The position numbers and the translations under genes were made by a program. From contig NW_003314281.1 of NCBI RefSeq assembly GCF_000143415.4, forward strand, positions 1,527,882 through 1,591,881: a DNA stretch of 64,000 nt, written 5' to 3'. Source of the stretch: Selaginella moellendorffii (Eukaryota; Plantae; Lycopodiophyta). Below, piece by piece: positions 1 to 11,608 of the stretch. The notes under the pieces were generated by a model, which was not told the DNA's origin, did no database searches, and worked only from the letters and a program-made list of their open reading frames with translations. How positions within the stretch are numbered: position 1 is the first letter of the stretch; each line of letters opens with the position of its first letter.

Positions 1-122
1 GTACATACGCAGGTGGAACAAAAAAATTATTTTCACTCTAAATAAGTGTGATCTCCTTTCTGAAGAATCGGAGGTAGGCAAAGGTTTTTGTTGCTTCACT
101 GCTGACGCATTTTCTTTTAAAG

Positions 123-1589
123 GTGGAGGAAGTCAGAAGGTTCGTAGCGGACAACGTTCGACAGCTACTGAATATCGAAGCAGCAATGATTTTTCCAATT
201 TCTGCGAGGAAGGCATTGCACGCAAAAGTCAAAGCTAAACAACTGGAAAGCAAGAATCTAGAAAGAGATCCCCTTTGGACAGCCAGCGGGTTCGACAAAC
301 TTGAGCAGTATGTTCTGGACTTTCTCGGAGGTTCATCAGATGCTGGTGCTGAGAGGATCCGATTGAAGCTGGAAACACCGATAGGAATCGCGGCTGCACT
401 GCTTTCAGCTGCTCGGAAGCAAGTAGAAGCTGATGCGGCAAACAATGAAGTTGATCAGAAGGTCCTTGATGAAATGGAGGACCAGTTTACTAGTTACAAG
501 CAGTTGCTGGGAACCAATGTGGATCTGCAAGTTCAGCTGGTTATTACTGCGGTAAGCATTCGAGTCGTTTTAGTTTTTTATTTTGCTAACTTGAGGGCAA
601 CTTTAGGTGGCCGAAGCAACTGCAAGAGCTTTAAAATTTGTAGATAAAAGATTACAGGTTACGAGCGTGGACACGGCGTCAAAATACTTATTGCCGCGAA
701 ACGAGACATCGTCCGCTGGTGCGGCTACTTTTGAGCGTGAAATAATTGGCACGGCATTGTCCGATGTTAAGGTAACAAAATGCTCTCGCTGTATTCGTTT
801 CTAAGTCTAAACTTTGCAGAACGCGATAGAAGATCACAAGCTTTGGGTAACTCTGAACACCCAAAGGCAACTGGAGAAATATGTGGAAATTGGCAAGAGC
901 CGATGGCCTGACACGGAAGTCGTGACGGATTCCTGGTCCGAAAACGTAAGTTTCTCTGGCCGCAGCTTGACAGCGCTGGACGAATTCGACGTCAAGGCCG
1001 CCAATCTTCTTTTGGAGCAGGAACTTCGTGAAGCGGTGAGAGTCAAAAAATTTTATTCTTTTCTAGAGCTTCACAGTTATGAATGACATATATCCACTGC
1101 ACAGGTTTTCAGCACCTTTGAAAGCCTCGGAATTGCCGGTGCGTCCGCATCGTTGTTAACTTCGGTACTGCCAACGACATTGGAGGATTTAATTGCGCTT
1201 GGGTTGTGCTCAGCTGGAGGGTACGCTTTTTTATCTCTCAGCCTTTTCTTTTCTCTTTTCTCGTAGTAGCTAGAGCATCTAAAGTTCTTCTCCTTTTTCT
1301 TCCTTGCAGGCTTGTAAGTATCTTCAAGCTTTCATCCCTGCGTGAAGAGATCAAGAGAAAAGTAGAGCAAGTGGCGCAATCTCTATCCCTGAAACTCGAG
1401 GAGGAGATGAAAGCCGAGCTCCAAGAATCCATTCAATCGATCGAGAGCTCGGTGCTTCAATTCACCGCTCCATACCGATCGCTAGTGGAGAAAGAGTCGA
1501 CCAGAATCGCCGCTGTCCAGGAGAAGCTCGTTGTCATCGATAAAGAGCTCCAAATGTTGCGGAAGAACATCCAAAACCTTGGCTCGTAA
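123..1589 (+). CDS. FZL: FZO-like dynamin-superfamily chloroplast GTPase, 3' exons only (gene starts before the window)
   Basis: Spliced exons (~123-551, 607-771, 820-1035, ~1104-1220, 1309-1589) give ERIRLKLETPIGIA and ASLLTSVLPTTLEDLIALGLCSAGG, typical of the plant FZL C-terminal half; GT-AG introns of ~50-90 bp. Confidence 0.85.
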
Positions 1590-1699
1590 AGAGAATTATA
1601 ATTGACTTGGTCAACGAAGCAACGGTCAAGTAATAGCCTTTGACCCTTCAAATAGAAATTTAGGGCATCGTCGTGATCCCAGCTAAGGAGCTCCTGGCT

Positions 1700-4255
1700 A
1701 TGGCCGCGAGACCGCGGCTCGCGCTCTTGGGGCTTTGGACCGTCGCCTTCTTGGCGCGCTGCCTCGCGCAATGGCAGCCCCGGGATTTCTATCGCATTGA
1801 TTGCGGCGCCGCTTCCAACACCTCCTCTGGCGATCGGCATTGGCAAGGTGAGCCTCCTCAATCGCCGGCATTCGCCTCCTCCGGGATTTCGATCAACACC
1901 AGCGCTCAAAATCCCGAGCTCCCGTCGCCCGCGCCCTACCTCACGGCCAGAATCTTCACGGCACGCGCGAACTACAGCTTCCCTGTCGATCCGGGCAGGC
2001 ACTGGATACGTCTCCACTTCTACCCTTTCCCCAGCCCGGGGTTCGATCCAGCTCTCGCGAATTTCTCCATCACAGTTGGCCCTTACACCCTCTTTAGCGG
2101 CGGGATCGTGGATAGCGTGAGACGCTCTGGCAGCGGCGGCGTCTATCTTGTCAAGGAGTACTCGGTCGTGGCAGAGGGATCGGAGCTGGCGATCGTCTTC
2201 CAGCCTTCGCCCAGCTCCAACGGGTCCTTCGCGCTCATCAATGGCATAGAGTTGATGTCCATGCCGGAGGACGCCTTGCAAGACGATGCCGTGCTCCTGG
2301 GACAAGGCACGGCCACCAAGTTTGGCTTCTCCAGGCTAGCTCTGGAAACTGTCTACCGCCTCAACGTTGGTGGCGCTTCCGTGAACGCCGCTAACGACAC
2401 CCAGCAGCGCTCCTGGGTGTCCGACGGCCATGGATTCATCGAGGGCGCCGCGGCAGGGGTTGGATCCCAGGACTTTTCTTCGAGCATCAAGTTCACGAAA
2501 GAGGTCCCGGAGTTCATCGCTCCCGCGGCCGTCTATGGCACGGGACGGGTGCTTGGCATCTCCAACACCGTGAGCAACACTTTTAAGATCTCATGGAGCT
2601 TCCCGGTGAGCCCCGGCTACTCTCACCTCGTCCGCCTCCACTTCGCTGAGCTCTACTACACCAAGACGTACCAGCGGATGTTAACGTCTATATCAACAAC
2701 AGGACGGCGATTGATGGGCTTGACTTGATCGTCTGGGCCCGAGATCACACCCGTTTACAAGGACTTTGTCGTGATCCCCAGCAGCGGGGTACGATCACTC
2801 AGGGTCCAGATTGGTCCGGCTCCGAACTCCAACGCGCAGTTCAATGACGCCATCTTGAACGGTCTCGAGATCTTCAAGATGAACAGCACCGCCGGGAACC
2901 TCTCGGACAGCGACGGCGGTGAGAGCTCTAGCAGCTCCAGCGGGAGGAGCGGCGGCTCCAAGGGTGTGGGAGCTATCGTCGGTGCGGCAGTCGGGGGGAT
3001 AGCTCTCCTCGCGCTCCTGGCGGCGTGCGTCTTCGTGCTGTGCTGCCGCCGGGGAGCAAAAGGTGGCAAGAAGCTCGGGTGGAGGCCCGTTCCAGCGTCG
3101 CAGGCCGGGACTGGGACTTCCACCGTCACGCTCGGCTTCCCCGGGAGCAGTCCCGCGACGCACTACTCGGTCACCCCGGCAAACTCGTGCAAGCACTTCT
3201 CGCTCCAGCAGATCGTGGACGCGACCGACGGCTTTGACGACGATCTGCTGCTCGGCGTGGGCGGTTTCGGCAAAGTGTACAAAGGAGAGATCAATGGCGG
3301 CACAAAAGTCGCGGTGAAGCGTGGGAATCCAATGTCCGAGCAGGGCATGACGGAGTTCCAGACCGAGATTGAGATGCTGTCCAAGCTCCGCCACCGTCAC
3401 CTTGTCTCGCTCATCGGCTACTGCGACGAGAACTCGGAGATGATCCTCGTCTACGACTACATGGCGAACGGGCCCCTCCGAGGACATCTCTACGGATCCG
3501 ATGCCCCGACGCTGTCGTGGAAGCAAAGGCTGGAAATCTGCATTGGTGCTGCGCGGGGCCTGCATTATCTCCACACCGGCGCTCAGCGAGCGATCATCCA
3601 CAGGGACGTGAAGACCACCAACATTCTTCTCGACGAGAAATTCGTTGCCAAGGTCTCGGACTTTGGCCTGTCCAAAGTTGGTCCTTCTCTCGACCACACG
3701 CACGTAAGTACCGCAGTGAAGGGAAGCTTTGGTTACCTGGACCCGGAGTACTTCCGGAGGCAGCAGCTAACAGAGAAGTCCGACGTCTACTCGTTTGGAG
3801 TGGTGCTCATGGAGGTGGTGTGCGCTCGGCCGGCGATAAATCCAGCGCTTCCCAGAGATCAAGTTAGCATCGCGGAATGGGCTCTCCACTGGCAGAAGCT
3901 GGGAAGGCTGAGTAATATCATGGATCCAAGGCTGGCCGGAGACTGCACTCCCGAGTCTCTCCAGAAGTTTGGAGAGATCGCCGAGAGGTGCCTCGCTGAT
4001 AGAGGAAGTGAGCGGCCTTCCATTGGCGACGTCCTCTGGAACCTTGAGTACTCGTTGCAACTCCACGATGCAGCGATGTTCCATCACCATCAACGTTCCG
4101 AGGATGGAAACTCCAATCTGGCCCGGCCGACACCAGAGATACCGAGAACTTCGAGCGACAGCCAACGGACGATGATGTCTTTCGAGGAGAATCACTCGGG
4201 AGACACCACGGCGAGCGTGGTCTTCTCCCAGCTTGTGCATCCCGAAGGACGATAA
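1700..4255 (+). CDS. CrRLK1L (THESEUS1/HERK/FERONIA-like) malectin-like receptor kinase, intronless; frame disrupted at ~2681-2750
   Basis: Signal peptide, IDCG and PYLTARIF malectin-like motifs, ILNGLEIFKM, transmembrane helix, kinase GVGGFGKVY / HRDVKTTNILL / DFG / THVSTAVKGSFGYLDPEY. ORFs 1673-2728 and 2771-4255 are in the same frame; conserved NVYINN..LDLIVW lies in another frame between them. Confidence 0.9.
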
Positions 4256-6020
4256 GTTATCGGTAAGTGTTTGATCTTCTAGACTTCCTGTTCTTCTCTT
4301 TTCGCTTCTCACTCTCGGAAACATCGCAGATAAGTTATCTAGAATAGCAAGAAACGCACCCAGTCGAGACCTCTAAGCAAGTTCTCGAGTGGCTTGGGTA
4401 TTCTCTGTGTATCTAGCACACTTTGTCCGGGAAGAACTACCGGTACGCTACATAAATAAATTGGCTCGAGATTTTTTTGAAAGAAGAAAGGATCACTTGC
4501 CTGTAACTTGCGTCTTCCCCAGTGTATAGCCTCGTTGTGTGATTGATGATACAGATCGATCCTTGCAGGACCTTTGATCGCACCTCCACGATCTTCCACC
4601 TGATGAAGTAAATAGAATGTGAAAGACGAGAAGAATGAAAGCTCGCTAGAACCCTTCCCCAGCCATATCCTGGAACAAACATCCTCCACTGTAGCGGACT
4701 CCCGTGGGAGTCCCATGCAAATGCATGGGCATCAAAAAAAAGTATTTTGTGAAGATTATATAACGAAGCTCACGAAAAAAATGTGGGAGTGGGCGCAAAA
4801 CTCTTGTGAGCATGGCAATGGCGTCTTCACAGGCAAGCATAGATCTCTCACATGGCCCTCCCCACATTGTTTTAAGATCTCAACCCCTTGCTTGGCTTCC
4901 CATAGATTTGGTGTGATGACAACAACGTTGGTGCCAGGTAATATGCTATGGAAACACTCCGTGACAACATTGAGTAATACCAGGATGCGACAGTGGAAGG
5001 ATAAGCGGGTGAGGACAAGCTATGGCGATTGTGATGATGACCTGAGTCCTAATCGGTTTGTATCAGCTGCATTTGTTCCATGGTCATGGCGTGGAAATAG
5101 TCTCCAGGGAGCTGGGAGCTGAGCTTTGAAAAATTAAAGAGAGAGAGAGAGAAAATATGAGATACACATCTGGAAGATAAGAACTTTTCATCTCTCTTTC
5201 TCTCTCTCTCTTTCTAATGCCATCTTAAATTCTCTAATAAGCACCCTTTTATTGTTTAAAGGTATTTACAATTTGCTGCTCGCAAGAATTCAGCCCCTGT
5301 TTGCCCCAACTTATCCACTACTGTCTGGGCGGTCTTTATGAAAATCCGAGTGAGCTGTCTCAGCTCCAGCAGCACCAAGCACATAAAAAATGCAACAATT
5401 AGCTTTGAAACCGTGCAGGAATTTGCGAATTCTAGCTCTTTTTGGCTACAGGGATACATTGGGAAAAGGGGGTTGGATTTGCAAACTACCTGATTTACAA
5501 TATCTGTTCTTCCAGAGAGAACTCACCACTCTCATCTTCCTGGACGATAAAAATTTTAGCTGCCGATTCTGGTTCAATTGTGATATACAGTCCTGTAGGA
5601 CTTTGGCCTTGGTTCTCTGAAGCGTAAAGAATAGCAATGGTCGATCTTGGGCGATTTCTTTTCACCTTTAAACTTACAAATTGTGAGCTTTTTGATTGTA
5701 CTATGGCCCTTAGAGTACAAAACACCATGCCGTACTCGTTATCACGGAAGAATAAGATCTTGTCAGTTTTATTGATGATCAGATGTTTGGAAGCAGATGT
5801 TCCCATTGTTATCCTTGCCTCTCTTTCTCTCTCTCTCAATCTTTCTCTCTGGGACCTTGAAACCCTCGTTTTGAGTTCGCTCAAGGATTTTCTTTTAATC
5901 TCAATTCATTGCTGATGTGGGATAGCAATCTCATTGATTGTTCTTCATGCTACAGATTAATTGCAATTTGATGACAATCAATCTGTCACATGAAGAACAA
6001 TAGTAAGCTCCACCGCTTGT
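4095..6020. repeat. Local duplication, copy A (kinase 3' end, spacer, small ORF)
   Basis: 5027-6020 matches 9120-10141; 4095-4684 matches ~10266-10843; 5056-5180 recurs at ~10855-11035. Confidence 0.9.
5495..5806 (-). CDS. 103-aa uncharacterised protein with N-myristoylation-type N-terminus (MGTSASK), copy 1
   Basis: Single-exon ORF from ATG 5806; frame and length identical in the second copy while the flanks carry indels. Confidence 0.55.
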   Translation of the reverse strand: MGTSASKHLIINKTDKILFFRDNEYGMVFCTLRAIVQSKSSQFVSLKVKRNRPRSTIAILYASENQGQSPTGLYITIEPESAAKIFIVQEDESGEFSLEEQIL

Positions 6021-9000
6021 TGTTATCAATGGAGTTCGACATTTTCATAATAACAATGTTTGTATGGAATTGCTTGTTTATAAATGTAATAAAATATTTA
6101 TAAATATAGTTAGATATTTTTTTTCTAGTTACAATACTTATGTTTTCTCCCTTCTCATCATCATTATTCTTTAAAGTGTTATTTTATAATTAGATAATAA
6201 TATTATAAAATAGATTATAAAGTACTTATTTTTAACTTTATCTTTGTTGTAATATAGTTTTAAAGTATTATATTAATATTTTAGAAACTATTAATACTGA
6301 TAAATATAAATTTAAATATAAATAAATTATGTATTTCTTTCTTCATCATAATTAAATATTATATATTTTGAAGTGTTATGCTTATCACCTTAAAACAATT
6401 AAAAATAAATATACTATATAATGACTTACAATTAAATATTTTAATTTCCTCCTATCATTATCAAGCTTTATAACATTTGAAAAGGTACTCATAATGTATA
6501 ATTATAATATATTACAAAACTTTTAAAATATTTATAAAAAGTATTTACTTTATTAAATACTTCTTTTATCATTTTTAAATATATTATCTATTAAAGATAG
6601 GCTTATGATTGAGGATTTTTCACTTAGAGTGTTTGACACAAATTCATCTTTTCTTTTCATTTTTTTATAATTTTATTAATTCATAGAATATCTCCAAGTT
6701 TTATATCCTTGAAGCAAGCTTATATATATACAAAGAGATTAAATGATAAAAAAAGTACATAATAAAGGTAAAAACTTATGATTATTATGAGAATTTTATA
6801 ATATACTTTAAGTACAAATGCAACAATCAATAGATGGATAATATCAAAGTCAAAGACAATAGTATCTTAAAGACTAAATTATTAGTAGATAAAGCTCAAC
6901 ATTAATAAATGGTAAGGGCAGATAGATGTGTTGAATTTGTGGATGTAAGTGAATTTCCAGTTTTTGTATTAAACTCAGACTTCATTTGTCATGTACTCTT
7001 TTATGTCATTTTTTCAAATATTTGATTTTAGTCATTATATGGCATCTTATACTCAAAATCTTTTAAAAATTGTTTCCTTCCCTTCTTTCCTTTTTCTTTT
7101 AGTTAAAATATTAAAACTATTACTTCTAACATTAAAGATATCAATTTTTACTTCCATACCACTTAAGATGAAGTACTTTTTCTTTATTAAAATTTCCACT
7201 ATTATGGAGTTATCTTTAAATTAATAGCACAAAAATTAAATATCTTAAGTATATCAATTATTTTACAAGTTTTCTTTCAATTTTGATATCACCCTAATGC
7301 TTGAATAACCTAAGAGCATTGCAACTTGCAAAATTGTATGACACCCATAATCCAAGATGTAGGCTTCCTTAGGAACTTTCTAAATTATATATTAACCAAC
7401 TCTTAATTATAAAGTTTTGCCAAATTCCTTTCTAGTCATTTTTGAAATGTTAAAAAAAAATTTCTCAAAAAAAAATCATCATTTTTAGTGTTAAGCTGCC
7501 ATAGAACCACTATATATATAAATTTTCTATATCTTCTTTATAAAAAAAGGCATGTAGTCTTGAAATTGTTATTAATCTTGGTCTTTTAAAGGAAGCTAAA
7601 TGCAAATAATGTTTGTTTATGTCCATACAAAATCAAAACCTTGTAATTGGTTTTTTATCAATAACTCTAGAACAACATTTTAACACTAGTAAGTACTTAG
7701 TATAGTTTTATTATAGGTTTTATTACTTTTCCTGATATGTAGATTTGATATGATTTTTGATTAAAAATAATTGTCTGTGCATTCCATTTAGCAGTTACTT
7801 GTTTTTTTTAATAGTAGTGTTATCTAAATTTAATAATCTTATTTATCAAATGGAAGTTTATAATTATAAACATGTTTATAATTTATAAAAATAAAATTAA
7901 TCTTATTGCATTTCAACCATTAAATGGTAGAATAAACTAGAATATACTACAAAGTGTTTAGGAAAGTTTATTAAATATTAACATGTCCATAAATTATAAA
8001 TACTCAATTTATCTAAATGAATAATAACTGTTAGATTATAGAATATCCCAGAATATCCAAGCATATTTTTGATATATCCATTACTATCTATAGTATTGCC
8101 TAATCAAACCAAAAAGTGAAACTGATATATACAATTTTATTTCATAGTTTATTTACTAGTTTAATCTATGGTTTATATAAGAATTTTACTTTATCACTTT
8201 GATTTATAGTTTATTTAGTAGTTGTTTATATACAATTTTATAAAGTTACAATCAAACACTATGAACACTACAAAATTGGGATGAAAAGATTTCATGGTTA
8301 CCACTATCTACTATTTAGTTATGGCAATCCTACTGCTAGCTGGAAAGGTAATAAAAAGAACATTAAATTAGAAGTAATCCCTCCAATGTTGTTGATGCTA
8401 GTGTATTCTAATGGCTCTTATGTGTTCTTCAAGCCTCTAAAGAAAAGCATAACAACATAAAAAAAAAGCAAAGTTACTTTATAATGCCAATCTATAGATA
8501 GATTTAAAAACCAAAAGATCCTATCAACTTAGATCTGGATGAAAATAAAAGTGTTACCTTCTAAGATGGATGGAGCCTTTATGAAAAAACAGAAAGCTAA
8601 CGAATAGAAAAAAATAAAAAAATAAAAAAAACTTTCATGTCTTGCTTCAATTGTCTAGGCACTAATGGACTAGGTGTGTTGGATGGCCATTGCTTGGCCA
8701 TGTGCATAGCAACTTGGCAGTATGGCTGTAGTGTTGCTATTTGCTATGTTATGCAATGGCTTAGGCTTAGATAGACCAAGCTAGGGCATGCCATAGAGCT
8801 GGGCTGAGCTGGGTTGTGGTGTGGAGCTAGTGGCAAGGAATCAATATCTATAGAGCTCAACTAGCACTCAGCTGCAATGGTGTAAAACACATGGTATCCG
8901 ATAGTGATATATCATAGGATAACCATAAAGTAGAATATTAACCCTCTATATGCCACATGCCACATGTTATGTGTCTAAATAATAATTGTGTGGAACCCGA

Positions 9001-9119
9001 GTTTCAAAGGTTTGGGCCACTGAATGAAAGAATGGAGCCAAACTCATAAACATAGAGCCAAAGAACAATAACATTAGAACATGGAACTACTTTCAAGCGT
9101 ACAGTTTAAGGAATGAAGG
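6020..9119. mobile_element. AT-rich, CpG-poor island; probable decayed DNA-transposon relic
   Basis: Abrupt switch to very AT-rich sequence with no long ORF. Minus strand ~7200-7370 gives broken DYG..ILQVA and LIFV..NLK fragments that weakly resemble a hAT C-terminus. Confidence 0.3.
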
Positions 9120-9576
9120 GATTGTGATGATGACCTGAGTCCTAATTAGTTTTGTATCAACTATGGTCATGGCGTGGAAATAGTCTCCAGGGAGCTGGGA
9201 GCTGAGCTTTGAAAAATTAAAGAGAGAGAGAGAGAAAATATGAAATACACATCTGGAAGATAAGAACTTTTCATCTCTTTCTCTCTCTCTCTTTCTAATG
9301 CCATCTTAAATTCTCTAATAAGCACCTTTTTATTGTTTAAAGCTATTTACAATTTGCTGCTCGCAAGAATTCAGCCCCTGTTTGCCCCAACTGTATCCAC
9401 TACTGCCTGGGCGGTCTTTATGAAAATCCGAGTGAGCTGTCTCAGCTCCAGCAGCACCAAGCACATAAAAAATGCAACAAGTAGCTTTGAAACCGTGCAG
9501 GAATTTGCGAATTCTAGCTCCTTTTGGCTACAGGGATACATTGGGCAAAGGGGGCTGGATTTGCAAAATACCTGAT

Positions 9577-9888
9577 TTACAGTATCTGTTCTTCCAGAGA
9601 GAACTCACCACTCTCATCTTCCTGGACGATAAAAAATTTAGGTGCCGATTCTGGTTCAATTGTGATATACAGTCCCGTAGGACTTTGGCCTTGGTTCTCT
9701 GAAGCGTAAAGAATAGCAATGGTGGATCTTGGGCGATTTCTTTTCACCTTTAAACTTACAAATTGTGAGCTTTTTGATTGTACTATGGCCCTTAGAGTAC
9801 AAAACACCATGCCGTACTCGTTATCACGGAGAAATAAGATCTTGTCAGTTTTATTGATGATCAGATGTTTGGAAGCAGATGTTCCCAT
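9577..9888 (-). CDS. 103-aa MGTSASK protein, copy 2
   Basis: Intact 312-nt ORF; 3 amino-acid differences from copy 1. Confidence 0.55.
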   Translation of the reverse strand: MGTSASKHLIINKTDKILFLRDNEYGMVFCTLRAIVQSKSSQFVSLKVKRNRPRSTIAILYASENQGQSPTGLYITIEPESAPKFFIVQEDESGEFSLEEQIL

Positions 9889-10146
9889 TGTAATCCTCGC
9901 CTCTCTTTCTCTCTCCCTCTCTCTGGGCTCCAAAAAGACCTTGAAACCCTCGTTTTGAGTCTGCTCAAGGATTTTCTTTTAATCTCAACTCATTGCTGGT
10001 GTAGCTCTAAAATGCCAGGCAAGGCAAATGGAGACGAGGCAGAAGAGTCGCAAATCTATCCCACATGCTATTGTTCTTCATGCTATAGATTAATTGCACT
10101 TTGATGGCAATTGAAAAACAATAGTAAGCTCCACCGTTTGTGGAAG

Positions 10147-10412
10147 ACACCTCTCGGCGATCTCTCCAAACTTCTGGAGAGACTCGGGAGTGTAGTCTCC
10201 GGCCAGCCTTGGAACCATGATATTACTCAGCCTTCCCAGCTTTTGCCAGTGGAGAGCCCATAGAGATGTCCCGAGGATGGAACTCTGATCTGGCCGGGCA
10301 GACACCGGATCGAGCGACAGCCAACGATGATGATGTCTTTCGAGGAGAATGGCTCGGAAGACACCTCGGCTAGCGTGGTCTTCTCCCAGCTTGTGCATCC
10401 CAAAGGACGATA
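10147..10412. pseudogene. CrRLK1L kinase 3' fragments (one inverted, one direct)
   Basis: 10147-10261 is the reverse complement of ~3878-3992 (WALHWQKLGRLSNIM..GEIAERCL); 10266-10412 is a deleted direct copy of ~4095-4255. Confidence 0.9.
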
Positions 10413-11608
10413 AGTTACCGGTAAGTGTTTGATCTTCTAGACTTCCTGTTCTTCTTTTTTCGTTTCTCACTCTCGGAAACATCGCAGATTAGTTATATCT
10501 AAAATAGCAAGCAACGTACCCAGTCGAGACCTCTAAGCAAGTTCTTGAGTGGCTTGGGTATTCTCATTGTATCTAGCACGCTTTGTCCGGGAAGAACCAC
10601 CAGTACCTTACATAAGTAAATTGACTCGATATTGTTTTGAAAGAAGAAAGGATCACTTGCCTGTAACTTGCGTCTTCCCCAGTGTATAGCCTCGTTGTGT
10701 GATTGATGATACAGATCGATCCTTGCAGGACCTTTGATCGCACCTCCACGGTCTTCCACCTGATGAAGTAATAGAATGTAAAGATGAGAAGAATGAAAGC
10801 TCACTAGAACCTTTCCCCAGCCATATCCTGGAACAAACATCCTGGTTCCAAAAGGATAGTAGTTTGTATCAGCTGCGATCGTTCCATGGCGTGGAAATAG
10901 TCTCCAGGGGAAAAGAAGCAAACGAGCTGGGAGCTTGTGGTACTGCAAGAAACTGAGCTTTGAAAAAATTGGTGGTCTGGCCTGGAAAAAGAGAAAGAGA
11001 GAAAAAAAGATGAGATACGCTTCTAGAAGATAAAGAACATGGAAATTGTCAATGCGAACTATCATTTCTCTCATTTTTGTGTGTGTCTTTCGTCCTCTTG
11101 ACTCTCTGACCTTTGAAATTGACAGTATGATCGATCCAAAAGTACCTGAGCTGGGAAAGTGCCATTAGATGTAAGACCGTAGTATGGAGATCCAGAGAGA
11201 CTAGTGGCAGTCCAAAACCTGGAATGCTCAGAGCTTAAGAACACGGGCAGCGTAAAAGAAAAATTCTTACTTTGCAATGAGTGGCAATGCAGCTTCGTCC
11301 AAATACCCCCGTTTTCTCTTGCGGAAGCGCAACGGAACCCAGGATGGCGAGATCCCCAAGTAGTAGAAGCCTGGCAATTTGATTCCCCATTCCCAATTGC
11401 AGCAGTAGCCACAGCTGCATGGAAGTCATGCCGATCGCCTGCGCATTGCAAATTCAAGCTTACCTGCAGTAGGCCGTGCACTCGATCAGCTTCTTGGACG
11501 GCGGCATTCTCCCCCCTACCCCGCCCAAGCTTAAGCCATTCTAAGAACCCTAACTTAAGAGCCCTAACAAACAGGGGAGCATATTCGATATTCGATTTGG
11601 TCTATTTT

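Larger units (their letters stand above)
9120..11035. repeat. Local duplication, copy B (rearranged relative to copy A)
   Basis: Near-identical to pieces of 4095-6020 in permuted order, with an inverted kinase fragment at one junction. Confidence 0.9.

Noticed and set aside
1457-3703. Long antisense ORFs over the kinase (and similar ones over PPR genes)
   Set aside because: Expected shadows of GC-rich codon usage; no recognisable domains.
4646-5030. Minus-strand fragments resembling DEAD-box helicase motifs (VVVITP..EAKQ, LHG)
   Set aside because: Frameshifted, lacks Walker A and DEAD motifs; too weak to call.
11204-11608. 135-codon N-terminal extension of the PPR ORF
   Set aside because: Begins at GTG, has no PPR similarity and contains telo-box-like promoter motifs; ATG 11609 is the likelier start.
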